Shown here: positions 1 through 9,643 of the stretch, piece after piece | Layout of the letters: every line of letters starts with the position of its first letter | Position numbering within the stretch: position 1 is the first letter of the stretch | DNA from: Clostridia bacterium | GTDB taxonomy: Bacteria > Bacillota > Clostridia > UMGS1810 | DNA length: 64,000 nucleotides | NCBI GenBank assembly: GCA_017436905.1 | Contig: JAFSCF010000002.1 | Location: 1,083 to 65,082, forward strand | Reading direction: 5' to 3' | The notes under the pieces: generated by a model | Seen by the model: the letters and a program-made list of their open reading frames with translations, nothing else | Database searches by the model: none | What the model was told of the DNA's origin: nothing | Made by a program: the position numbers and the translations under genes

Positions 1-349
1 TTACCTTACGCACGTTATCGTCGTAAGAATCGGTTGAGCAGTCATACATAATAGAACTGAAACCGAGTTCAAGTGCCTTAATACATGTATCATAAGAAAG
101 ACCGTGGTCAAGATGAACTACAACCGGAACAGATGCTTTTTTTGCCATAGGAAGCAGATAATAAGAAACTTCTTCCAACGGACCGTAAGGCAAAAGCACC
201 TCGGCAGTACCCATAATAACCGGCGATCTTGTGCATTCTGCAGCGTTTATAATACCACGCGCAAGTTCCAAGTTTACGGCATTGAACAGACCAACCGCAT
301 ATTTGTTTGCTTTTGCCGGTCTTAAAACTTCATTCATATTTACTAACAT
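1..349 (-). CDS. class II fructose/tagatose-bisphosphate aldolase family protein (N-terminal 116 aa only; 3' end runs off the window)
   Basis: Hand translation of minus strand from ATG at 349, GGAGG about 9 nt upstream: MLVNMNEVLRPAKANKYAVGLFNAVNLE...VPVVVHLDHG, typical FbaA/GatY/KbaY N-terminus with the HLDHG motif. Absent from the ORF track because there is no stop in the window. Confidence 0.7.
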   Translation of the reverse strand, partial: MLVNMNEVLRPAKANKYAVGLFNAVNLELARGIINAAECTRSPVIMGTAEVLLPYGPLEEVSYYLLPMAKKASVPVVVHLDHGLSYDTCIKALELGFSSIMYDCSTDSYDDNVRKV

Positions 350-370
350 TGTCTATTTCCTCCCCGTTTG

Positions 371-1837
371 TTATTTAGACAGTATTGTTTTAAATTGATC
401 ATATGCTTTTTGCCAAGCATCAACATCATTAGGTGTATACTGCTTGGTGTCGAAAGAATTTTTAATAATCTTTCTTGCTTCTTTTAAATCTTTAATTTCA
501 CCGATTGCTATCATCTGTACTGCAATATTTCCAAGTGCAGTCGCCTCTATAGGGCCAGCATACACAGTAACATTACAAGCATTTGCTGCCATCTGGCAAA
601 GAAGCGGGTCTTTTGTGCCGCCACCAACGATATTTATACTTTCAAAATTCTTACCGCTAATCTTTTTAAGATTAAGGAAAGAATGATAATATTTAAGTGC
701 TAAACTCTCATAAATACATCTTACAATCTCGCCAACTGTCTGCGGAACATACTGACCTGTTTTTTCACAGTATTTCTGAATTCTTGAAGGAATATCACCC
801 GGTTTACCAAATTCAGGATAATCAGGGTCAATAAAGCACTTAAACGGCTCGCAGGCAAGTGCGGCTTTTTCCAAATCATTAAACGAAAAGTCGTTTCCCT
901 GTCTGTTCCATGTTCTTCTGGACTCCTGAATAAGCCACAAGCCCATAATGTTTGTTAAGAAGCGGATTTTACCGCCGTAGCCGCCCTCGTTGGTATATGA
1001 TGAATTATATGCCTCATCTGTTACAACGGGTGCATTAAGTTCTGTACCGAACAACGACCATGTGCCGCAACTGATATATACAAAATCTTCAACTTCTGTG
1101 GGAACAGCCACAACTGCAGACGCAGTATCGTGGCAACCAACAGCAACAACGTCAACGGGTTCAATGCCGAGTTCTTCGCAAATTTCTTCTGTTAGTTTGC
1201 CGAGTTTTTCTCCGGGCATTACAATATCGCCCAGAAGTTCTTTCTTTATGCCTACCTTTTCAAGCAGTTCATAATCCCAATTGCGTGTGTTTGGGTTAAT
1301 CATCTGTGAAGTAGACGCAATAGTATACTCGTTTTTCTTAACTCCTGTTAAGAAATAGCCAAGCAGTTCAGGCATAAAGAGCATAGAATCTGCTCTGTCA
1401 ACCTCGCCTTTTTTATACTTGCACATATAATAAAGTTGGAACAAAGTGTTGAAGTTCATAATCTGTATACCAGTACGTTTATACACATCTTCTGCACAGA
1501 TAATCTCAAAAAGTTCTGCCGGCATATTGTCAGTACGTGCATCACGGTATGTAACGGGGTTACCGATTAAATTGCCCTCAGCATCAAGTAAGCCAAAATC
1601 AACACCCCATGTATCGATACCTATACTGTCAAATCCGCCCTCAAGTTTTGCATTGGTAATACCCTGCTTAATCTGGTCGAACAGATAAAGGACATCCCAG
1701 TAAAGTGTAGAACGTACTTTAACACCGTTATTTGGGAAACGGTGAATTTCTTTTAAAGTAATCTTGCCGTCTTCCAAAGCAGCCAGAATACCTCTGCCGC
1801 TTGAAGCACCCAAGTCAAATGCCAATACACGCTTCAT
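371..1837 (-). CDS. rhaB: rhamnulokinase (FGGY carbohydrate kinase)
   Basis: 488 aa; N-terminus AFDLGASSGRGILA...EIHRFPN and overall FGGY layout are typical of RhaB. Confidence 0.8.
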   Translation of the reverse strand: MKRVLAFDLGASSGRGILAALEDGKITLKEIHRFPNNGVKVRSTLYWDVLYLFDQIKQGITNAKLEGGFDSIGIDTWGVDFGLLDAEGNLIGNPVTYRDARTDNMPAELFEIICAEDVYKRTGIQIMNFNTLFQLYYMCKYKKGEVDRADSMLFMPELLGYFLTGVKKNEYTIASTSQMINPNTRNWDYELLEKVGIKKELLGDIVMPGEKLGKLTEEICEELGIEPVDVVAVGCHDTASAVVAVPTEVEDFVYISCGTWSLFGTELNAPVVTDEAYNSSYTNEGGYGGKIRFLTNIMGLWLIQESRRTWNRQGNDFSFNDLEKAALACEPFKCFIDPDYPEFGKPGDIPSRIQKYCEKTGQYVPQTVGEIVRCIYESLALKYYHSFLNLKKISGKNFESINIVGGGTKDPLLCQMAANACNVTVYAGPIEATALGNIAVQMIAIGEIKDLKEARKIIKNSFDTKQYTPNDVDAWQKAYDQFKTILSK

Positions 1838-1870
1838 ATGATTACCACCTTTTTAAAGGACTAAGTCCAA

Positions 1871-2632
1871 TTATTCAACATTTATAATTTCTACATTATT
1901 CTCTGCCAGAGCATCAGCAAGTTCGCCTTCTATATATGCATCAGTAACAAGATATTCGATATTTGCAAATGATGTAAGTTTCATATAGCCTACTCTGCCG
2001 ATTTTCGATTTATCGCAAAGATAATAGTGAACGTGCGAATTTGCTATCATTCTCTGTTTAATAAAGCATTCCTGCTCATTCCCCTCAAGAATAATAGAAG
2101 ATTCGCCTATCCCCTTGCTTGAGAAAAACATTTTATCAGCAAAATAATCTGTGATATAATTCTCTGCCATAGCGCCAACCAAAGACTGGTTATTGCTTAC
2201 CATTCCGCCAATTGCTACCACCTTGATGCCTTCAATTCCGGAAAGTTCATTAATTACCCTTATAGAGTTTGTGATAACAGTGATGTTTTTCATATTCCTG
2301 AGTTCTTTTGCCATATAAAATGTGGTTGTAGAAGCGTCTAAAAATACGCTGTCTCCCGAAGCAATATACTGCACAGCTTTACGTGCAAGTGCCTGCTTTG
2401 CCTCCACATTTAAGCCTTTTCTCTTTTCGAGCGAAAGTTCATAACTGCCTTCGTCCATCGGCAGTGCTCCGCCGTGTGTTCTGCGAAGTAATTCCTTCGC
2501 TTCTAATTTTTCCAAATCACGACGCACGGTTTCTTCGGTAACACCCAATTCTGTACTGAGTTTACTTACCATAACGGCGCCCTCGATGCTTAACAGTTCA
2601 AGTATTTTCTTCTGCCTTTCAAGTGCAAGCAT
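1871..2632 (-). CDS. DeoR-family transcriptional regulator
   Basis: 253 aa; N-terminal HTH (RQKKILELL...VSKLSTELGVTEETVRRDLEKLE) plus C-terminal DeoR sugar-phosphate sensor domain. Confidence 0.85.
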   Translation of the reverse strand: MLALERQKKILELLSIEGAVMVSKLSTELGVTEETVRRDLEKLEAKELLRRTHGGALPMDEGSYELSLEKRKGLNVEAKQALARKAVQYIASGDSVFLDASTTTFYMAKELRNMKNITVITNSIRVINELSGIEGIKVVAIGGMVSNNQSLVGAMAENYITDYFADKMFFSSKGIGESSIILEGNEQECFIKQRMIANSHVHYYLCDKSKIGRVGYMKLTSFANIEYLVTDAYIEGELADALAENNVEIINVE

Positions 2633-2665
2633 TTCGCTCCTCCGTTTCGTGTTTTTTAGAGCAAA

Positions 2666-3319
2666 TTATTTTGTGATTATATGTACCACATCACCATTTT
2701 TTAAGCCAGATGAGTTTGCATCATCAGTATCGATATGCATTTCAACGTTAAAATCATCACGCACACGAATCTGAACATCATAAAACTTAGTCGGTTTAAC
2801 TCCGTCAATTACGACGTCTACATAATCGTTATCTTTAAGATTTAAAGACTCTGCAAATTCAGGAGTCAAGTGTATATGACGGTTAGCGATGATAACGCCT
2901 TCTTTTAAATACACACTGCCTTTAGGGCCAACCACTACAATCTTTTCTGAGCCTTTTATCTCTCCTGAAGGACGTACGGGTGGGCTCACCTTTAACACGA
3001 ATGTATCTGTACGTGAAATCTCTACCTGCGTATTCTTACGAACAGGGCCAAGTACACGCACATTTTCTATTGCTTTAAGTGACGGTCCAACTAAAGTTAC
3101 AACCTCATTTGAAGCAAATTCTCTGCCCATAAGAACTTTTTTAGGTGTAAGTTCGTATCCTTCACCAAACAAAATGTCCAGATCCTCACGGGACAGATGT
3201 ATATGTCTTTGCGAAACACCGATTTTGACATAATCGTCTTTCGCACTGGTTTTAGCAGTAATATTCATTTCTTCTACAACTTTTTTTACTGCATTTTCTA
3301 TTACGTTTAAATCGTACAT
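2666..3319 (-). CDS. pduL: phosphate propanoyltransferase PduL with N-terminal encapsulation-peptide-like helix
   Basis: 217 aa; duplicated GVSxRHxHLS / ANRHIHL PduL motifs; N-terminal amphipathic DLNVIENAVKKVVEEM. Confidence 0.85.
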   Translation of the reverse strand: MYDLNVIENAVKKVVEEMNITAKTSAKDDYVKIGVSQRHIHLSREDLDILFGEGYELTPKKVLMGREFASNEVVTLVGPSLKAIENVRVLGPVRKNTQVEISRTDTFVLKVSPPVRPSGEIKGSEKIVVVGPKGSVYLKEGVIIANRHIHLTPEFAESLNLKDNDYVDVVIDGVKPTKFYDVQIRVRDDFNVEMHIDTDDANSSGLKNGDVVHIITK

Positions 3320-3346
3320 AATATTGCCACCTTTTTAAACGGTTTA

Positions 3347-3988
3347 TTAATCTTCAAAATCAAAAAACTTCATTATTTCGCCATGGGGATTTGCAATAAC
3401 AGCCTGACCATGTAATTTACCGAGTGGCTGTGCTGCTTTTGCGCCTGCATCTATTGCTGCTTTAACAGAAGATACACTTCCCTTTACAATTAAAGTTACA
3501 AGACGGCCACCGAGCCTTTTTTCTGAATGGATAAGGCTTACATCAGCGGCTTTTACCATTGCATCCAAGCCGGTTATTGCAGCAACGAGACCAGAAATTT
3601 CAAGCAAACCAATTGCAAAATTAGTCTGCGGAATTACCACATCAGCACCATAAAAAGTTTTTGGTAGTTTTTTATTGTATTTGTCTTTATTGATATCAAG
3701 AAGATAAGCCATCTTCTCCATATCCTGACCGGGACGTGGTATAACGCTTGATACGATATACATACCCTCGTTTTCAGCATATGCTTTTGAGGCTTCTATA
3801 GCCGCTTTTACAGATGCGTTATCGCCCTCAATCTTCATTTGCATTACCAAAGGTGCAGGAACTTTTTCGCTACCCGGTCTGGTTCTATCAAAAGCAATAA
3901 CTTTAACGTCTGCCGCCTTTGCAGCAACATCTGCTGCACAAACAGCAGTTGTAAAGCTATATACCTCAAGCATTCCCAATGCGTTCAT
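3347..3988 (-). CDS. BMC-T shell protein (tandem BMC domains)
   Basis: 213 aa; two BMC-domain starts (ALGMLEVYSF...AADVAAKAADV and AIGLLEISGLVAAITGLDAMVKAADV). Confidence 0.75.
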   Translation of the reverse strand: MNALGMLEVYSFTTAVCAADVAAKAADVKVIAFDRTRPGSEKVPAPLVMQMKIEGDNASVKAAIEASKAYAENEGMYIVSSVIPRPGQDMEKMAYLLDINKDKYNKKLPKTFYGADVVIPQTNFAIGLLEISGLVAAITGLDAMVKAADVSLIHSEKRLGGRLVTLIVKGSVSSVKAAIDAGAKAAQPLGKLHGQAVIANPHGEIMKFFDFED

Positions 3989-4027
3989 AATATTCCTCCG
4001 TTAGTCAACTTAAAAATCTGTCGGATA

Positions 4028-5428
4028 TCAAACAATGTGCAAACCGTCTACCATTACGCAACGGCGCTGTCTAGTAAACGAATGTGCTGCAGTTAAACCC
4101 TCACCTGTAGGACCTGCGATTGTAAAGGTTGTGTAACCTTCACCGCCTGCGCCAATACCCGCATATGAAGGAGCATTTTTAACAAAAATAGTTGTTTCAA
4201 CCGCACGTGCAAACTTTGTGAGGTTATCAATATTTTTAGAGTGAATATGTGCTGAGTGACGATTACCGTGTTCAGCAGCAACTGCTTTTTCAATAGCATC
4301 GTCAATATCAGGTACACGTACTATAGGAAGAACAGGCATCATCATCTCAACCTGAACAAACGGGTGAAGTGCATTTGTTTCGCAAATGATAAGACGTGCA
4401 TCTGAATTAATGCCGAGTTCTTTTAAGAACTTACCTGCATCTTTACCAACCCATTTTTTATTGATTGAATATTTACCGTCTTTTTCAACTAAAGCAAGTT
4501 TTACCAAAGCATCTACCTGGTCGCCTTTGATAAGATATGCACCAGCCTCCTGCATACCCGCAATAAGTGCATCTGCAATAGAGTCAACTGCAAAACACTC
4601 TTTCTCAGCAATACAGGGTAAGTTATTATCAAAACTTGCACCGGCAACAATGTCACGTGCTGCCTTTTTAATATCTGCTGTTTCGTCAACTATAACGGGC
4701 GGATTACCTGCACCTGCGCCGATAGCCTTTTTACCGGACGAAAGAAGTGTGCGCACAACACCGGGGCCACCGGTTGCAACCAGCATACGAACGATTGGAG
4801 ATTTCATCATTTCGTTAGATGTATCCATCGTAGGCTTATATACTGAAACTACGAGGTTTTCAGGACCACCAGCCTCTAAGATTGCACGGTTTACCAAATC
4901 AACTGCGTAGTTTGCAGTTTTGCAAGCATTAGGGTGTGGATTAAACACTACTGCATTACCACCGGCAATCATACCGATTGAATTACAAATAACAGTTTCG
5001 CTCGGGTTAGTTGAAGGTGTAATACTGCCTATAACACCATAAGGTGCCATCTCCACCAAAGTAAGACCGTTATCACCTGTCATAACAGACGGTGACAAAT
5101 CTTCTGTACCGGGAGTTTTGTTAGCAACCAACTGGTGTTTGATAATCTTATCAGACACTCTGCCCATACCGGTTTCGCTTACACCAAGTTTAGCCATTTC
5201 TTCGGCTTCGTTAAGTGTAAGTTCACGGATTTTAGATATAATCTGCTCTCTCTGTTCAACAGTGTAAGAACGGTACTGTTTGTACGCTTTATTAACAGCT
5301 TCCAAAGCATCTGACATACTGTCAAATACACCTTTGTACGAGCGTGCATTTTCTGTAACGTTCTCTCCTGCAACATTAGCAAGCACATTTTTAATGATTT
5401 CGCTTATCTGATTTTCATCAATTCTCAT
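4028..5428 (-). CDS. CoA-acylating aldehyde dehydrogenase (PduP/EutE-like) with N-terminal encapsulation peptide
   Basis: 466 aa; catalytic-Cys context DNNLPCIAEKE; N-terminal DENQISEIIKNVLANV helix. Confidence 0.85.
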   Translation of the reverse strand: MRIDENQISEIIKNVLANVAGENVTENARSYKGVFDSMSDALEAVNKAYKQYRSYTVEQREQIISKIRELTLNEAEEMAKLGVSETGMGRVSDKIIKHQLVANKTPGTEDLSPSVMTGDNGLTLVEMAPYGVIGSITPSTNPSETVICNSIGMIAGGNAVVFNPHPNACKTANYAVDLVNRAILEAGGPENLVVSVYKPTMDTSNEMMKSPIVRMLVATGGPGVVRTLLSSGKKAIGAGAGNPPVIVDETADIKKAARDIVAGASFDNNLPCIAEKECFAVDSIADALIAGMQEAGAYLIKGDQVDALVKLALVEKDGKYSINKKWVGKDAGKFLKELGINSDARLIICETNALHPFVQVEMMMPVLPIVRVPDIDDAIEKAVAAEHGNRHSAHIHSKNIDNLTKFARAVETTIFVKNAPSYAGIGAGGEGYTTFTIAGPTGEGLTAAHSFTRQRRCVMVDGLHIV

Positions 5429-5466
5429 AGATAATCAACAGCCTTTCGTTATATTCGTAATGCAAA

Positions 5467-6015
5467 TTAAAGTATTTTTTCCCAAAGTCTTGGATCGGGG
5501 TTTGGAGTAATGGAATAATCAAGCAACATTCCCTTATCACCTGCAGCCGCTTTTGCATTGTCTACAGCAGCCTGAACCGCAGCAACCTCGCCAGTCATTA
5601 TTAAATATGATTTACCACACATACCTCTTGCTATGCGCAACTCAACCAATGTTACATCAGCAGTTTTTGCTGCTGCATCTGCAGCAACGATGGCAGATGC
5701 GCCTGAGAATGTTTCTACAACACCCAAAGCACGTGGATTTTCTACTTCTACCGTAGCGTATATCGCAGGGAACACGCCCTCGTGAACATTACCAAGAACA
5801 AAACTGTCTATAAGTTTTTCGCTGTGTTGTACCTTGGCGGCATCTACAGATGCTCTTATAGCGCTTAGTTCACCTGAAATAATAACAATATATTTACCAG
5901 GACAAACCACCTGAGCCTCGATAATCTGCACATCAGCAGTTTTAACGAGTGTATCGGCAGCCTGTATTCCGGTAGATACGGTAGTATATTCAATCATACC
6001 GATTGCATTTGCCAT
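5467..6015 (-). CDS. BMC-T shell protein, PduT-like (tandem BMC domains, Cys38)
   Basis: 182 aa; two BMC domains; Cys at residue 38 (VVCPGKY) in the position of the PduT pore [4Fe-4S] ligand. Confidence 0.75.
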   Translation of the reverse strand: MANAIGMIEYTTVSTGIQAADTLVKTADVQIIEAQVVCPGKYIVIISGELSAIRASVDAAKVQHSEKLIDSFVLGNVHEGVFPAIYATVEVENPRALGVVETFSGASAIVAADAAAKTADVTLVELRIARGMCGKSYLIMTGEVAAVQAAVDNAKAAAGDKGMLLDYSITPNPDPRLWEKIL

Positions 6016-6019
6016 AATT

Positions 6020-7360
6020 TCACTTCCTGCTCTTTTCTATAATAATATATTTATCGTTAATTTCTAAAACTTTACCGTCAACCGGGGAATGAAGCGCAAC
6101 ACCAAGTTTACCCTCTGGTGCAGAAGCAATCATTGCCCCCTCGCCCACTTTATCACCTTTGTTTACTACCGGAACTGACGGTGCACCAATATTCTGGTTT
6201 AAAGATACGGTGAGCCTTTTAACTTTAATTTCTTTTTCTGTAATAGGTGCTTCTACGTTGTACCTGGTGAGTCCAAGACGTTTTACCAAGCGTGATACGG
6301 GCACCTTTCTGTACTCACGTTTATCGGATATTCCGGTAAATTCAGCAGTATCTTTTGAAGGCATTATGCCATTTGCCCGAAGACCAGTTCTGTATTCATT
6401 TATAAGCGTTGCGGGCGATAATCCCTGCATACATGAATACATCTCGCACAAGCCGCATTGAGAACAGTAGAAAGTATCTAAAAACGGTTTTGCGTCAAAA
6501 ACGTGATTATGCGATATTCCGTGCATAAATGCTTGAGGGTTTATGGGGTGCCCCATAAGATTCCTCGAACACAAATCTGTACACATTCTGCAACTGCAAC
6601 ACGCACTCATTGCACGTTTCATGCCGATATTGGCTTTAACAGTTTTTCTTTGTACTATATAATGATCCTGCGGCAATAAAATAACCGCATTCGTTGTTTT
6701 CGTAACTACACCGTGAGGGGTACCTATTTTACCCGTCATGGGACCGCCTATAAGATAGGCAGGATCTTCAATTTTTGCTCCGCCGCACAAATCCACAAGT
6801 TCTTTAAAGTTCATACCTAACGGAACTTTAAGCACAGACGGATTTTTAACTTCGCCGGCTACCATTACGTACTTATGCGTAACGGCAATACCGTCGTTTA
6901 CGGCGTAATAGATATTTAACATGGTTTCCACATTGAAAACCGTAACACCAACAGTAATCGGGATATTACCCGGTTTGATTGCTCTGCCTGTGGTTTCGTA
7001 TGTAAGGACAACCTCGTCACCCGCCGGGTATATCTCAGGCAAGAAAGCTAAAGATACCTTTGGGAAAGCGACCATAGCCGCCTTTACTGCTTCTGCTGCG
7101 CCCTTATATGACGGCTTGATTGCCACAATGGCACGTTCAGCCTCAACTGCATCGGCAACAAGCGAAAACGCACTTACAATCTCGTAAGCATACTTTTCAA
7201 GCATTTGCCTGTGCACCTTAAACAAGGGCTCACATTCAGCACAGTTTAATATTATTGTGTCTGCCCGCTTATCAAGCTTGGCATAGGCAGGGAATCCGGC
7301 ACCGCCTGCTCCGACGATGCCGTGCTCCTGCAAAATTTTCGTTAATTTTTCTAATTGCAT
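6020..7360 (-). CDS. PduS-like / RnfC-NuoF-like Fe-S flavoprotein
   Basis: 446 aa; GAGGAGFP nucleotide-binding motif; two Cys clusters (CCSCRMCTDLC, CSQCGLCEMYSC). Confidence 0.8.
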   Translation of the reverse strand: MQLEKLTKILQEHGIVGAGGAGFPAYAKLDKRADTIILNCAECEPLFKVHRQMLEKYAYEIVSAFSLVADAVEAERAIVAIKPSYKGAAEAVKAAMVAFPKVSLAFLPEIYPAGDEVVLTYETTGRAIKPGNIPITVGVTVFNVETMLNIYYAVNDGIAVTHKYVMVAGEVKNPSVLKVPLGMNFKELVDLCGGAKIEDPAYLIGGPMTGKIGTPHGVVTKTTNAVILLPQDHYIVQRKTVKANIGMKRAMSACCSCRMCTDLCSRNLMGHPINPQAFMHGISHNHVFDAKPFLDTFYCSQCGLCEMYSCMQGLSPATLINEYRTGLRANGIMPSKDTAEFTGISDKREYRKVPVSRLVKRLGLTRYNVEAPITEKEIKVKRLTVSLNQNIGAPSVPVVNKGDKVGEGAMIASAPEGKLGVALHSPVDGKVLEINDKYIIIEKSRK

Positions 7361-7363
7361 AAC

Positions 7364-7627
7364 TTACTCCAGTCCTATAGCGTCATCAATGATGCCGACA
7401 ATTGCAGCATCTACGGGAGACGCTTCAACATTACAACCAATACGTGCGGCACTTCCGGTAGCAACCAAAACGTCTTCGCCAATACCGGCGCCTACGTTAT
7501 CAATAGCCACTATTCTTCCGCTGCCTGCCATATTGCTGTACGGCTCTACAATCAGAAATTTATTACCCGTCAAGTTTTCATTCTTGCGGGTGGCAACAAC
7601 GCTGCCAACTACTTTACCTACTATCAT
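7364..7627 (-). CDS. BMC-P pentameric vertex protein (EutN/PduN/CcmL family)
   Basis: 87 aa; MIVGKVVGSVVATRK... typical EutN fold sequence. Confidence 0.85.
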   Translation of the reverse strand: MIVGKVVGSVVATRKNENLTGNKFLIVEPYSNMAGSGRIVAIDNVGAGIGEDVLVATGSAARIGCNVEASPVDAAIVGIIDDAIGLE

Positions 7628-7664
7628 TACAAGTCACCTTCCGTAAATAATTTGATGGAAGATA

Positions 7665-8087
7665 TTATTTTAATGTAGGCAGAATTTTTTCTACATCACC
7701 ATGGGGTCTGGGGATTACGTGTGTAGCAATGATTTCGCCGAGTTTTGTAGCAGCACTGCCGCCTGCTTCTACAGCAGATTTAACAGCACCTACATCACCG
7801 CGAACCATAACACTTACAAGACCGCTACCGATTTTTTCAGTACCGATAAGTTCTACGTTTGCAGCTTTTACCATTGCATCAGCAGCCTCGATTGCTGCTA
7901 CTAAACCTCTTGTTTCAATCATACCTAATGCTTCATGTGACATTTTCTTTTCCTCCTTGATATTATTTATAATTTTTGTTTCTTCTAAAACTACTTTAGT
8001 TTCCGCTGCCTTAGGTGCAGCGGCCGGTGTTGATTCCTTGGTTGCCGGTTTTTTTGCTGTTGTTTTCTTTTCAGCCATATCCGTCAC
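7665..8087 (-). CDS. BMC-H shell protein (PduA/J-like), either with a 48-aa K/A/P/T-rich N-terminal extension or starting internally at 7943
   Basis: BMC domain [28 protein letters not shown]...; strong AAGGAGG 8 nt before the internal ATG at 7943; longer frame is open to GTG 8087 / ATG 8078. Confidence 0.85.
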   Translation of the reverse strand: MTDMAEKKTTAKKPATKESTPAAAPKAAETKVVLEETKIINNIKEEKKMSHEALGMIETRGLVAAIEAADAMVKAANVELIGTEKIGSGLVSVMVRGDVGAVKSAVEAGGSAATKLGEIIATHVIPRPHGDVEKILPTLK

Positions 8088-8093
8088 CGCCTA

Positions 8094-8369
8094 TTAGAAC
8101 TTGGGAAGGATTTTTTCAACATCGCTGTGGGGTCTGGGGATTACATGTACTGCAACGAGTTCGCCCAGTTTTTCAGCAGCACTGCCGCCTACTTCTGTAG
8201 CAGCTTTTACAGCACCTACATCACCACGAACCATAACACTTACGAGTCCTGAACCGATTTTTTCAGTACCGATAAGAACTACTTCTGCAGCTTTTACCAT
8301 TGCGTCAGCAGCCTCAACTGCAGCTACTAAACCTCTGGTTTCTACCATACCTAATGCTTCCTGTGCCAT
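8094..8369 (-). CDS. BMC-H shell protein (PduA/J-like)
   Basis: 91 aa; canonical single BMC domain; close paralog of the adjacent gene. Confidence 0.9.
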   Translation of the reverse strand: MAQEALGMVETRGLVAAVEAADAMVKAAEVVLIGTEKIGSGLVSVMVRGDVGAVKAATEVGGSAAEKLGELVAVHVIPRPHSDVEKILPKF

Positions 8370-8391
8370 TTTAAATTACCTCCAAATAAAA

Positions 8392-9612
8392 TTATTCATT
8401 AATTATTGCTATTTTTAAACCTTCCATCTTCAGATTTGTAACGTGTGCTTCGTTAATCTGAGAGAGAGGGAATTTATGAGTGATAAGTTTGTGCATTGGC
8501 AACCCGATGCCTTTTGCACGTTTTAAGAAATCAAATGTTGTAGCATAGTCACGGAGTGTATATACCCATGAGCCAACAGTTGTGATTTCTTTAGCGCAGA
8601 TATCGAAATGGGGATTGATGGTTGCGTCACCACCGTTAATAAAGAAGCCCAATTCGCAAAGGCCGCCGCCGCTACGGATAAACTTATAGATGTTGCTGTG
8701 TGCTACGGGTGAACCTGTGCACTGGAATGCAAAGTCTGCAAGATAACCGCCGAATGCGTTTTTAACTGCGCCCGCAAGTGCTTCAATGCCACCGTGTTCT
8801 TTAAAGTTAACAGTGCTTGTAGCGCCCATTTCTTTAGCGAATGAAAGTCTTTTTTCTTCACCGTCAACTGCAACAATGTTTTCAATACCCATTGTACGAA
8901 GAATTGCGATACAGATAAGACCAATAGGACCGCAACCCTGAACAACCACCCTACTGTTAAAACGGAGAATACCTGTTGTTTTAGCACGCTCAACTGCGTG
9001 GATTAAAACTGCGCAGGGTTCGATAAGAATTCTCTCATCAAGGTTTAAGTCACTTACGTTAAATACGGTGGAACCGCCTCTTATAACTATGTAATCAGCA
9101 AACCAACCATTTAAGTGAATGTCGTCATCAGGAATAAGACCGTAAACGTCAGCACCAGAACCTACATTCTGTTTATTAAGGTCGTACATAGTGATATCGG
9201 GATCGTCTTTGAAAATCATACAAGTAACGACTTTGTCACCAATATTCAAAGGCTTTCCGGCGCTGTCTTTTTTAACATTTTTACCCATTTTAACAATCTC
9301 ACCGGTACCCTCGTGACCGAGAACTACGGGAATAAGACCAAACGGGTCACGTTTGAACTCATGAGCGTCAGTACCGCAAACACCGCAACCTTCAACTTTA
9401 ACGAGGATATCGTCGTCGCCGAGTTCGGGGATTGGGAACTCTTTAATTTCATAATGCTCAAGAGAAGTAAGCATTGCAGCACGGCTTTTTGCAGGGATTG
9501 AGCCCGGCGCTGTTGCTGAACCTGCAGTTGCAGGAGCGCTATTGCCGCTCATTTCCTGAAGCACCTGTCTGACAATCTGCTCAACATTTTGTGAATTGAT
9601 ATTCAATGTCAT
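8392..9612 (-). CDS. Zn-dependent (MDR-type) alcohol dehydrogenase with N-terminal encapsulation peptide and linker
   Basis: 406 aa; GCGVCGTDAHE zinc motif, GCGPIG Rossmann motif; N-terminal NVEQIVRQVLQEM followed by an A/P/S/G-rich linker. Confidence 0.85.
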   Translation of the reverse strand: MTLNINSQNVEQIVRQVLQEMSGNSAPATAGSATAPGSIPAKSRAAMLTSLEHYEIKEFPIPELGDDDILVKVEGCGVCGTDAHEFKRDPFGLIPVVLGHEGTGEIVKMGKNVKKDSAGKPLNIGDKVVTCMIFKDDPDITMYDLNKQNVGSGADVYGLIPDDDIHLNGWFADYIVIRGGSTVFNVSDLNLDERILIEPCAVLIHAVERAKTTGILRFNSRVVVQGCGPIGLICIAILRTMGIENIVAVDGEEKRLSFAKEMGATSTVNFKEHGGIEALAGAVKNAFGGYLADFAFQCTGSPVAHSNIYKFIRSGGGLCELGFFINGGDATINPHFDICAKEITTVGSWVYTLRDYATTFDFLKRAKGIGLPMHKLITHKFPLSQINEAHVTNLKMEGLKIAIINE

Positions 9613-9643
9613 CGCTCCAATCTTGATTATTTATGTAACTAAA

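Noticed and set aside
4386-4910. Long antisense ORFs inside well-supported genes: 4386-4910, 16954-17409, 18310-18702, 19703-20134, 24031-24522, 24925-25491, 48193-48603, 50344-50796, 53208-53651
   Set aside because: Each lies fully inside a gene with strong family motifs on the other strand. Their translations are low-complexity (S/T/P/A/I-rich) with no RBS, which is typical of mirror-frame artefacts.
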